The notes under the pieces: generated by a model
What the model was told of the DNA's origin: nothing
What the model saw: the letters and a program-made list of their open reading frames with translations, nothing else
Database searches by the model: none
Part shown: positions 46,667 to 56,534 of the stretch, one piece after another
Position numbering within the stretch: the first letter of the stretch is position 1
Layout of the letters: every line of letters begins with the position of its first letter
Position numbers and translations under genes: made by a program
Assembly: GCF_000142905.1 (NCBI RefSeq)
Contig: NW_013657648.1
Coordinates: 62,001-126,000, forward strand
Direction of reading: 5' to 3'
DNA: 64,000 bases
From: Thecamonas trahens ATCC 50062
Lineage: Eukaryota; Protista; Apusomonadida

Positions 46667-46876
46667 AGAGTGTTTCCCACCACCAGGCTTGGGCTGCCCT
46701 TGTCGGGCGCGCGCTAGCGGTCAGCGCACGAAACGATCTCTTCCAAAAACGTCAGCGTCCACAGCTCCAAAGACAGAAGCACGCGGCGAGGCGGCCAGGC
46801 GCCTTCCGCCAGCCACTCGCCACCAGTCAGCCGCAAGCAACCTCGCTGGAAGCCAGCTCTCTCTCCCTTTCCAAAC

Positions 46877-49800
46877 ATGGACAGCCTCTTCCTCGAGCTG
46901 CTCCAGCCACGCGAGCCACTACCTCCGTCGCTCCATGGCTCTGTCCCGTCGCGCCTGACCCTCGCCCGGCTGGTGGTTCGTGTGGCCACCTCGGCGTGGA
47001 CAGCACCGTGCGGGACGGTTCCAGAGACCTCGCTACGGGCAACTTTGGAGCATGCAGCCTCACATCTGCCGCAGGCTTTGGTTGCTGTGGACTTGCTGGC
47101 GCCAGCAGAAGGCGTTGTGGCCGACCTCGCCGCCCTGTTGGTCACCCCGCTCCGACCGGACTCGCCGCGCACGGCATGGGTCCACATCGCCCTGGCCTCA
47201 CTCCTTGCATCGGCGGCAGCATGCGCAGAGACGTGCTTGGAAGCCGCGCGCCCGCGGGCGGCGCAGGGTTTTCTATCGCTCGTCGAGCGGTATGCCGGCT
47301 ACGCCGACCGCACGCCAGAGGTGGTGGCCCTCGAGGCGGGAGTGCAGAAGCGGCTCGGCGACATCGAGATCGCGCTCTTCGACACACCGCAAGACACGCC
47401 GGGTGCCCGCGATGAGCCTCTCTTTCCCAGACTCGAGCAGCTTCGAGCCAACTCGCCGTTTGAGGCCCTGCCACCGCTCCCAGCCTATACCCGCATCGCC
47501 ATCCGGTATGCTGAGGCTGAGCGCCAGGCGACCGAGCATGCCGCCCAGCGCCGCCACCAGGTAGCGCTCCTCCGCAATGCCGGCATGTTTGAGCTCTTCC
47601 ACACCGACGCGTTTGACGTCGGGCTTTGGCCTGCCCGTCTCCATCGCGCGAGGCAGAACGTCGGCGAGCTGACGTTGGCAGCGGCGGCAGACGAGCTGCT
47701 CGCCCTCGCGGAGCGCACGTATCTGGCTCAGGCCTTTGACCTCGCGGTAGCGTTTGGGGCGCTGGCGTTTGAGGCTGGTATGGGCGGGGACGACGCGTGC
47801 TGGGGGCACGCCTTTCGGGCCCACGAGCTGCTTGCTGCTGCCGTCCGCGCGGCGCTTGATCCGAGCTCGTTTCGGCTGCAGTACTCCGAGTCGCTGCCGC
47901 CCCTGGAGCTGCCGTGGGCCGAGGCACGGGAGGGCCTGGCAGCGTCGCGCGAGAGTGTGGCAGACGCACCGTGGCTTGACCCGTCCATCCACGCCACCCA
48001 GCTGCTTGATGTCCACCTGCAGACTAGCGACCACCGGGTCGAGCTATTCCGAGCGCTCATTGCCGACGCGCTCGCCAGCGTCGCCCCTCCCCTCACAACC
48101 TACCATTCACGGTTCTCTCGCTCGGCTCGATGTCAGCCGGGGCCATGTCGATGTACTCGGACGTCGAGTTTGCCATTTTACACGGGGTGTGTGAGGCAAC
48201 GCCGTGGTTTGAGGAGGCTGTTCGATCACGGTTGACGGGTGCGTCTGCAGAGGTCTCGGCGGTGAGCTCGGCCAAGACTGCGGCGGTGCCGGAGAGCGTC
48301 GGCGCGCCGCAGCACGAGGTCGAGGCCGAGGCCGAGGTCTCAGCTCGTATCGAGGCCGAGCTCAAGGCAGAGTACCTTACCGAGCTAGAGGCCTGGTTCG
48401 AGGTCTTTGTCACTGCACTCGAGCTCAAGGTCATTGCGCTCGGCGAGACGTCGCCCAACGCCAACTCGGAACGGTGGTCACGCGGCTTTTGCTTTGACGA
48501 CGGCGGCAACACGCCGCTGGTCAAGGATCCCAAACTCATCCAAACGCCTGAGGGCATGGTAAGCCTTCTCTGGCCGCCCGGCTCCTACGTGCCGGACCTC
48601 ATGCTTGTTGGTGCGCTGCCGGACGCCGGGTTTCTCTTTGGCGACGTCGATCTGTACGACGAGTTCCACACGCGAATGAGGGCGCTTCTGGCCACGCCGC
48701 ATCCGACGCTCCGCGGCACGCTTGGTCAGGTCTATGGTGCTGTATTGCTGAAGGAGGCCCTCGGCGAGGGCTTTAAGCCCAAGTTCCTCTCCAGCGCCAC
48801 GCCTCTGCTTGACGTCAAGCAGTCGATGTATCGGTTCTGCTCGCTGGTTGTTTCGGGCATGGTCCGGCTCTTTGCGCGAGTGATCACGACGTCAAACGCT
48901 CGGCGGCCGGCGTACATCTCGCACCGGGTCCGAGTCCGGTCGCTGGTCGCGGACCGCGCGCTCGACGCCATCATCGGGCGGGCACTGTTGATGGGCATTG
49001 CGCTCGCTGCGCACCTCCGCAACAAGGCTCAGGCGTTGGCCGGCACCGAGGCCAATGTGGTGTACGCGAGCGAGGATGCTGTCCCGGCGGGGACCCGAGG
49101 CTACGTCGTGCCGCCCGGGGCGGTCGAGACCCTCGCACGGGTGTACCACGCGCACGTCGAGCCGGCTTGGCAGGCTGCTGTCGATTTCCACGACCAGCTG
49201 CTCGAGCTTGGCATCGGGCAAGTGGCCAGCGGCGCGCTCCACGAGGTAGCGTGGGAGTCGGGCGGTGGCGACGACACTGGGCTGCAGGTCTCTGCGCCTG
49301 TGCGGTTCCAACTCGCGCTGTCGGACACATCGCGGTTCGCGGAGGCTCAGGCCGAGCACGTGCTTGACCACGTAAGCGAGCGGTCTGAGCTTGGTACGCT
49401 CCTTCATGCACTCTCGCATACACTGCTGAGCATTTCGACAGCGGAGCCACCACGAGCGGTGGGAGGCGGTGGGCGGCGGGCTGAGGCGTCTGCTGCGGTC
49501 CACGTCTCGACCTGGCCGCTGGAGAGCAGCGGCGGCAACGGGCCGCCAGTGGTGGTGGAGCACGGCGTGGCGGCGTGGTGGACAGCTGTGCTTGCGTTTT
49601 CGCGATCGATCGACATCCGGTCGCGACGGTACCGGCTCCGCGTGTACCGGGAGTGCTTTGTGGGCAACGAGGCGGTGCGGCTGCTGAAGGCGACGTTCCC
49701 CGATGTCAACACAACCGGGCAGGCGCTGGCGGTGGGCAACACCATGATGCGCGAGGGCGTGTTCAGCCATGTGGTCGACAAGAAGCAGGTCTTCCGCGAC

Positions 49801-52800
49801 GGCCACTTTTTCTACCGCTTCTCCAAGGACCTTGATCTGGCTGCGATCGCGGCCAAGGCTCGGAGAGAGGAGCGGGACAGCCACAGCTCGCATCGGACGT
49901 CAACCGGGCTTGATGCGGCGCTGCTGCAGCAGCTCTCGCCGCTCATTGCGTGGATTGTCGACGCCGACCACACGCCGTGGCAGCTGCTCACCTCTGCTGG
50001 CCACGAGCCTGCGGCAGCCGTCGAGTCCCCTAATGTCCTTGATTCTGTGGTTGTCTCGGGCCTCTGGGGTCACGTGGCGGCACTCGACGCATGGTATCAG
50101 GCGTTGGTGACGTCCAAAGCCTTTCCGTCCGGCACCGCTGCACTCAAGGAGAAGCTCTGCACTGTGTGCCGGGCGCTAGCGGCGCACTTTACGGTCGCGG
50201 CTGAGAGCATGGGTGAGGTTGTAGCGACGCTTCGGACGCAGCCGGGCGAGTCAGTCGAAGCGCAAGCTGCGATGGCGGTGGCGCGGGATGCGGTGCAGCC
50301 ACACGTGGTGGTGCATGGTGTGACAAGTGGCGTGAGGGTACTGCGGGCGGGGGGCGACCAGACGCTAGTCGAGGCTGCGGTGCAGGGCAAGCTTGCGCTG
50401 AAGCCCATCCAGGCCTCGCCCGGATTTACGTATGCGATGCAGCTGTTCATTCCGCTCACGATTGCGGGCGGGGCAGCGCTGGACGAGCGAGTGCTGGCGG
50501 ACCTTGTCAAGGTGCAGCCGCGGCACAACGCGATGCGGATGAGCCCGAGCCGGGCGCAGGCGAGTGACCTCTTTCATGTTTTTGCCAAGTACCCGGGCGA
50601 GGAGTCTCTGCGCGCTGTACTGGAAGCGCGGCCTCACGGCGATGACGTGCTCTCGACCTCGTGGCTGCCGTGGCAGTACACGACGGCGTTCCTGCGGACA
50701 ACGCTGATGCAGCCGTCGTCGGCGTCTGCAGACGCGTACAAGGTGCGGTACATGAAGCGAGCCGATGGGAGCAAAGTGCCGATTGCGCTTCCGGTGGCGC
50801 ACTCGAACTTGTTTGCCGCCGACGCGTTTGGATGGGCAGCATCGCTCGGGCAGCGGCGCACGCTCTCGATTGCGCTCTGCTTTGACCAGATGCTGGCTCC
50901 GATGGACGAGGAGGCTATGAAGGCGTTCATGGACCGGCGGCCGCAGACGGTCATCTCGATGTGGCTTGCGGCCATGGACCGATATAATCGGCGGATCGAG
51001 GCCATGTTTACACTCTCGGAGCTCGACGACCTGTTTGCCGGCGGCGACGGGTCGCTGCTGCCGTTTTTCGTGCCTGCGGACCTTGTGCAGAACTTGTATG
51101 ATCGGTATGTACACATGCAGGCACTGCTTGCGTCTGCCGTGGACGCCGGGGCGCCACTGACGCACCTCGAGCTGCTTCTTGCGATTGATCCGGACATCGG
51201 TGCCATGTACCGCGAGGTGCTTGAGAGCGCACCAGGACCGCTGGCGCGGTATGCGGCGGCGGAGAAGAGGATGGCAGCGGCAGCAGCGGCGGTGCGTGTC
51301 CGGGCAAACTCAACAAGCCCGCGCGGAGCGCCTGCGTCTGCATGGGGCAAGTCGCGGCTCTCGAGCGTGTCGGCGTTTGTGGCTGACGGGCGGATGGAGC
51401 CGCAGGCGGTGCTGGGCAGCTTGCAGTTTGACAGCGCCGAGTCATCACAGATGGCGCTCGCTGGCGCGCGCGACTCGCTGGTGTACGGCAACGGGAGCGA
51501 GTTTGCGGCGCTGGGCGAGCTGGGTGCCAAGGAGAACGTGGTGCGGCTGGTCCCGTTTGCCAACCTCTCGCCTGGCGAGCAGGTCCGTGTGCTGGAGAAT
51601 GTGCGCGATACGCCGTTCGTCTCGCTCACGCTCCGCGGGTGCTCGGTCCTGCGGACGAGCGGCTGGCAGCGATTCTGGAGCACACGCCGCATCTGGAGCT
51701 TCTGGACGTCTCGTTCTCGAGCGGGCTTGTCTCGCCGACCGGCTCGTTGACGGAGATGCCCAAGCTGCACACGCTCGTTCTACGTGGGGTGACAACGCTT
51801 GCTGCGCTGGAGCAGAGGTCGCGGCGGTCGCGTTACCTACCTGCCCTCGCGCGGCTGGATGTGCGCGGATGCGGGGCGCTGAAGATGTTGGACATTCCCA
51901 AGTTCCCGCTCTCGATCCGGATCGACCCGTCGGGGCTGGCCAACATGGAACGAGTGCGGGTAGCCGGAGTCGAGTGGACGCTCGCGGTGTGCCTGGTGAT
52001 CAACACGCTCAACAACACGCAGGCAGACACGTTGCAGCTGGAGGATGTGAGCGGCGTGTCTGCGGCTGAGGTGCAGAGCCTTGTGGGCGTGGTCTCCAAG
52101 TCGCAGTTTGTCAACGCACTGATGCTCAACCGGGTGAGCTTTGCCGGCGGCGCCGGCAACTTGATCCCGCAGCTGATGCGGAGCGCAAACGCGCTCAAGT
52201 GCGTGACCATTTCCGGGTGCCGTGGGGTGGAACTTGCGGCAGTTGTGGCGGCTGCGACCGAAAGCGCGCATCTTCGCCAGCTCACACTGAGCGAGTTTGA
52301 CTTTGCGGCCGGCGGCGGGGCGCTGGTGCGGCAGTTTGATGCCATGCTGCAGGCGCGGTCGAGCCTGCGTGCGCTGACGCTGCGTGGGTGTGGGCTCAAT
52401 GGGTGCAGCAGGGTGCTCGCGGCGCTAGGACGGGTGCTTAACCGGCGCGGCGGGGGGCTCTCATCGCTGGATCTGAGCGACAACGGAATCTCGGGTCTCG
52501 GGCTCGCGGAGGTCATCTCGGGCCTGCTTGGGGGTGGCGAGGCGTCGGCGATGGGCGCACTGGGCATGATGCTGGGCTCTGCCATGTCGCGGGTGGGTGT
52601 AGGCGGGCGCAAGGTGAGCGGGGGTGGAAACTCTGGAGCTGTACACGGCACGTCGCTGACAACGCTTGTGCTCGACGGCAACGCGCTGGGAGGGCGCGAT
52701 CTTGGGGCGCTAGGCGGGGCGCTGGCGGCCAACTGCTCACTCACGGCGCTCTCCCTCAGCCGCAATCCGATCGGGGAGCATATGGCGTCGTTTGCGCGTG

Positions 52801-53267
52801 GGCTCTCGGGCAACACGCGGCTGACGACGCTCGAGCTCGACTCTGCGCAGCTTGGCGACGCCGGGGCGCTTGCGCTCGCCACGGCGCTCGCGGGCAACCG
52901 CGCGCTGCGGTGGCTCTCATTGCAGGCGAACCGAATCTCTGCCGATGCTGGAGCCGAGGTTGTGGCCGCGCTTGTCTTTGTCACCCACCTCAATCTCGCG
53001 TTCAACGGGTGGGGCGAGGAAGAGATGTTTGAGGCGCTGGCGGTGGTTGCCGCGCGGGTGAGCAGCGCAGGTGCCGAGTCTGACGACGACGACGTGTCTG
53101 AGGCATCTGACCCGGTCAGCGAGGGTGAGACTGGTAGCAGTAGCAGCGCACAGGCACCGAGCAGCGACCGCAAGCGGACAGTGTTTGTGGGAGAGTCCGC
53201 CGTGGTCGAGCTCCCGTGGGGCGTGGCGCAGCAAAAACCTGCGAAGAGTAGTTCCCAGAAGGAATGA
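46877..53267 (+). CDS. Large multidomain protein: helical N-terminus + GlnD/DUF294-like nucleotidyltransferase + DEP + degenerate kinase-like region + RNI-like LRRs (1-nt frameshifts near 48090 and 51650)
   Basis: Three overlapping co-oriented ORFs join if 1 nt is added at each junction. Restored PPP..FTVLSLGSMSAGAMSMYSDVEFAIL. DEP IRSRRYRLRVYRECFVGNEAV..FRDGHFFYRF. LRRs LSSLDLSDNGI, LTALSLSRNPIG, LRWLSLQANRI. Confidence 0.75.
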
Positions 53268-53363
53268 ATTTGTTCGCAAAGAGAACAACGCGGTGGCGTC
53301 AAAAACGGACCGAGGCGGTGCAGCGGACGGGTGTGCCGATGACTCGGCACAACTCGACTCAAC

Positions 53364-54638
53364 ATGGCCGACACTGTGGATCTCAATGAGATCACCGAGT
53401 ACTTTGACGACGAAGAGGTGCTAGCGGACAAGTGCCGCGAGCTGGCTGGCCTGATTGCGCAAGCGCGCAAGGGTTACTTTTTCACGGGCGCGGGCCTCTC
53501 GACGTCTGCGGGCATCTCCGACTACCGTGGGCCAAACGGGGTGTGGACGCGGAGGGCGCAGGGGCGATCCGCCCCGCGCGGGGTGAGAATCACACAGGCG
53601 ACGCCGACGTACGCGCACATGGCGGTGGCGGCGCTTGTGGAGACAGGGGAGATGCGCGGAGTGGTGAGCCAGAACGTCGACGGCCTGCACCGGCGATCGG
53701 GGGTGGCGCGGGCGGACATCGCCGAGCTGCATGGCAACTGCTACCTTGAGGTGTGCTGGAAGTGCGAGATGGAGCACCTACGGACGTTTGACGTCTCCGA
53801 GCGAATCAATGGGTCTGGGCGGTGCAAGGAGTGCGCCAAGCGGGTACCACACTTTTGCCACTGCACCTCGCGCAAGTGCGGTCGCCGCGGGTGTGGGGCG
53901 GTGCTCAAGGACTCGATCATCCACTTTGGTGAGAATCTGCCCGAGGGAGATCTGGAAAAAGCATTTGCGTGGGGCCGCAAGGCGGATCTGTGTGTGGTGC
54001 TCGGCTCGTCGCTGCGGGTGACGCCGGCGGCGGACGTGCCAGCCGAGACGGCGGGGCGCGGCGGAGATCTGGTCATTGTTAACCTGCAAAAGACACCGCT
54101 TGACGACGAGGCTTCGCTCATCATCCGCGGGCGCATCGATGATGTGATGACGCGAGTGATGGCGGAGCTTGGGCGGAGCGACGAGGTGCTCCCGTTCTAC
54201 GAGTCGCCGGCGGCCGTTGCCGAGGCGGCGCGGATGGGTGTGCCCCCGCCGCCGGCCGCAGTGGCGAGGATGGATGGCGCCGCAGCCGCGCCAAGCTGTC
54301 CCGACACGCTTTTTGTTGGCAACACGGCGAGGGCGAGCAAGAAGAGCCGCAACACCAAGTGGACTGTGTACGTCCGCCCGGCAGTGGCTGACGCGCCCGA
54401 TGGCACCGCCGTCGACGACATCATCGAGACCGTAGAGTTTGGTCTTCATTCTACCTTTTCCCCATCGCAGATTGAGGTGAGCCAAGCGCCGTACGAGATC
54501 ACCCGCGTGGGGTGGGGCACCTTTGACGTGAAGATCCGAGTCCGCTTCCGCCCCGAGACCGGGCGAGCGCCGCTCGCGCTGGTCCATCCGCTCTCGTTCT
54601 CTGCCGGTGGATCGCAGGCTGATGTGGCGCTAGAGTGA
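53364..54638 (+). CDS. Class IV (SIRT6/7-like) NAD-dependent deacylase fused to a C-terminal YEATS domain
   Basis: Sirtuin motifs FTGAGLSTSAGISDYRGPNGVWT, SQNVDGLH, ELHGN, LGSSLRVTPA, IVNLQKTPLD. YEATS motifs VGNT..KWTVYV..VEFGLHSTF..PYEITRVGWGTFDVKIRVRF..HPLSF. Confidence 0.9.
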   Translation: MADTVDLNEITEYFDDEEVLADKCRELAGLIAQARKGYFFTGAGLSTSAGISDYRGPNGVWTRRAQGRSAPRGVRITQATPTYAHMAVAALVETGEMRGVVSQNVDGLHRRSGVARADIAELHGNCYLEVCWKCEMEHLRTFDVSERINGSGRCKECAKRVPHFCHCTSRKCGRRGCGAVLKDSIIHFGENLPEGDLEKAFAWGRKADLCVVLGSSLRVTPAADVPAETAGRGGDLVIVNLQKTPLDDEASLIIRGRIDDVMTRVMAELGRSDEVLPFYESPAAVAEAARMGVPPPPAAVARMDGAAAAPSCPDTLFVGNTARASKKSRNTKWTVYVRPAVADAPDGTAVDDIIETVEFGLHSTFSPSQIEVSQAPYEITRVGWGTFDVKIRVRFRPETGRAPLALVHPLSFSAGGSQADVALE

Positions 54639-54676
54639 CATGATTGGTAAAGAGTGACATGATTGGTAAAGAGTGA
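54632..54676. repeat. 19-nt direct duplication AGAGTGACATGATTGGTAA spanning the sirtuin stop codon
   Basis: Two exact copies plus a 7-nt partial copy. Confidence 0.9.
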
Positions 54677-54814
54677 GTGGTTGGTGGACGAGTGAGTGGT
54701 TGGTGGGCGGATCATCGAGCAGGTGGTCGGGCCATCGGGGAGGTGGGCGGGCCGTCGGGTTGGTTTGGCGGGCGGCGCCACTCGACGCCACGGCCGGTGA
54801 CCGGCAGGCGGGCG

Positions 54815-56356
54815 ATGGCGGAGTGCAGGGTGGGCATTACATTGTGTGACCTACCTGTCGAGCTTGTCCACCGCATTGCGTTCAAGTGCGCGGCCGGCGA
54901 GGTGGCGCGGCTGTCGGCGACGTGTCGCAGGCTCCACCGCATGCTGCTCGGCTCGGCCTACGGCCGCGACAAGACGCGGGTGCTCAAGGGGTTGGCCTGG
55001 TGCGTGGACGGCGGCTTCGAGCGGGCGGCACGGATGGCGCTGGCCGAGCCGGGCGCAGATCCGGGTGGAGACGACAACGATGCTCTGCGGACAGCGGCGA
55101 TGCAGGGCCATGCCGGCATTGTCCGCGCTCTGCTCGCCCATCCGGCAGTCGACGCCACCGTCTTCTTCAACGAGCCGCTCATGTCGGCCTGCACATACGA
55201 CCACGCCGACGTCGTCCGCGCCCTGATGGACATGTCCGAGGTCGATGTCACTGCACAGGAGAACCTAGCCATTCGCTCGGCCTGTGCTCACGGCTCGATC
55301 GACGTTGCTCGCCTCCTCCTCGCCTGTCCAGAGGTTGATCCCGCCGCCTGTGGCGCAGAGGCTCTCGAGTGGGCCATTCGTGGCGGCCACCTCGAGTTGG
55401 TGGCCGAGCTGGTGGCTGATCCGCGCATTGACGCTGCCGCTGATGGTTCAGCCGCGCTAAGCGTGGCAGCAAGCGTCGGTGAGTGCGGCATCGTCACGCT
55501 CCTCCTCGAGTGCCCGGGCGTGGATCCCAGCGCCAACAACTCGCAGGCGCTGCAGAATGCATGCGCGGGCGGACACACTCATGTGGTGGCGGCACTGCTG
55601 GAGGACGGGCGGAGTGAAGCTCATGCGGATCGGAATGCGGCACTGCGTCGCGCCGCCGGTCTCGGCCATGGCCGCGTCGTGGAGATGCTGCTGACAGTTG
55701 AAGGCGTGGACGCGAGCGACAAGCACAACGACGCTTTGCGGACGGCGGCGTCCGAGGGCCACGCCGAGGTGGTGGCGCTGCTCATGGCCTGTCCGAGCGT
55801 CGACGCCTCTGACTGCTGGAACGAGGCGATCCGACTCGCCGCCTCTGCCGGACACGCCGACGTGGTGGCTCACCTCATCTTGGACCCGCGGGTCAAGCCG
55901 GGCACCAACAACAACTACGCGCTGCGAACTGCGATAGCCCTCGGTCATGCTGACGTTGTGGCTCTCCTCCTCGCTCATCCCGCGGTCAACGTCGACGCGG
56001 TGGGCAGCAAGATGCTCCTGATCGCGGCTCAAAACGGCCACGCCGCCGTGGCCCGCATCCTCGCCGCCGACCCACGATGTGCACGATCAGAAGCCGAGCT
56101 CGTCTCTACTGCGAGCCTTGCGCGCAACTGTGGTCACGATGACGTCGCTGAGGCGTGTGAGGCTGCGGCAGTGCGACGATGGGGCGGAGCGGGACCGAGA
56201 GCGGGAGCGGGAGCGGGAGCGGGAGCGGGAGCGGGAGCGGGAGCGGGAGCGGTAGCGGGAGTGGGATGGCGAGCTCGGACGAGTGCTGGAGCTGGAGCGA
56301 GAGCGAAAGTGGGAGCGAGAGTGGGAGCAGCAGTGAATGATGTCCAGTGCGTTTGA
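54815..56356 (+). CDS. F-box + ankyrin-repeat protein (about 12 repeats of 31 aa)
   Basis: F-box-like LCDLPVELVHRIA..LSATCRRL. Repeats of the form VDPSANNSQALQNACAGGHTHVVAALL. Gly-Ala tail encoded by (GGAGCG)n. Confidence 0.85.
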   Translation: MAECRVGITLCDLPVELVHRIAFKCAAGEVARLSATCRRLHRMLLGSAYGRDKTRVLKGLAWCVDGGFERAARMALAEPGADPGGDDNDALRTAAMQGHAGIVRALLAHPAVDATVFFNEPLMSACTYDHADVVRALMDMSEVDVTAQENLAIRSACAHGSIDVARLLLACPEVDPAACGAEALEWAIRGGHLELVAELVADPRIDAAADGSAALSVAASVGECGIVTLLLECPGVDPSANNSQALQNACAGGHTHVVAALLEDGRSEAHADRNAALRRAAGLGHGRVVEMLLTVEGVDASDKHNDALRTAASEGHAEVVALLMACPSVDASDCWNEAIRLAASAGHADVVAHLILDPRVKPGTNNNYALRTAIALGHADVVALLLAHPAVNVDAVGSKMLLIAAQNGHAAVARILAADPRCARSEAELVSTASLARNCGHDDVAEACEAAAVRRWGGAGPRAGAGAGAGAGAGAGAGAVAGVGWRARTSAGAGARAKVGARVGAAVNDVQCV

Positions 56357-56534
56357 GGAGGGTTGCGTCCGAGGTGGGTGAGGAGGATGGGTGTGGGTGG
56401 GCGCTGCGGTCCGAAAATATTTTTCAGCCATCCGCCGGGTCCACGCCGAGCGCCACCACATTGGTTCAACCGACACGTCGCCAAGGTTGTCTTGGCGGCG
56501 CGACGGCGACACGTCACCGCCAGCAGGAGCAGAC

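Noticed and set aside
51833-53470. Long antisense/shadow ORFs (this 545-aa one, 62406-63848, 44630-46330 and others)
   Set aside because: They mirror real genes in high-GC DNA where stops are scarce, and they carry no recognisable motifs.
53364-54638. Bacterial defence-type SIR2 NADase (Thoeris/DSR-like)
   Set aside because: The motifs (DYRGPNGVWT, SQNVDGLH, Cys-rich Zn domain) are those of eukaryotic class IV deacylases.
56330-56356. AnkB-like CaaX prenylation motif on the F-box-ankyrin protein
   Set aside because: The protein ends VQCV; the Cys is second from last, not fourth from last.
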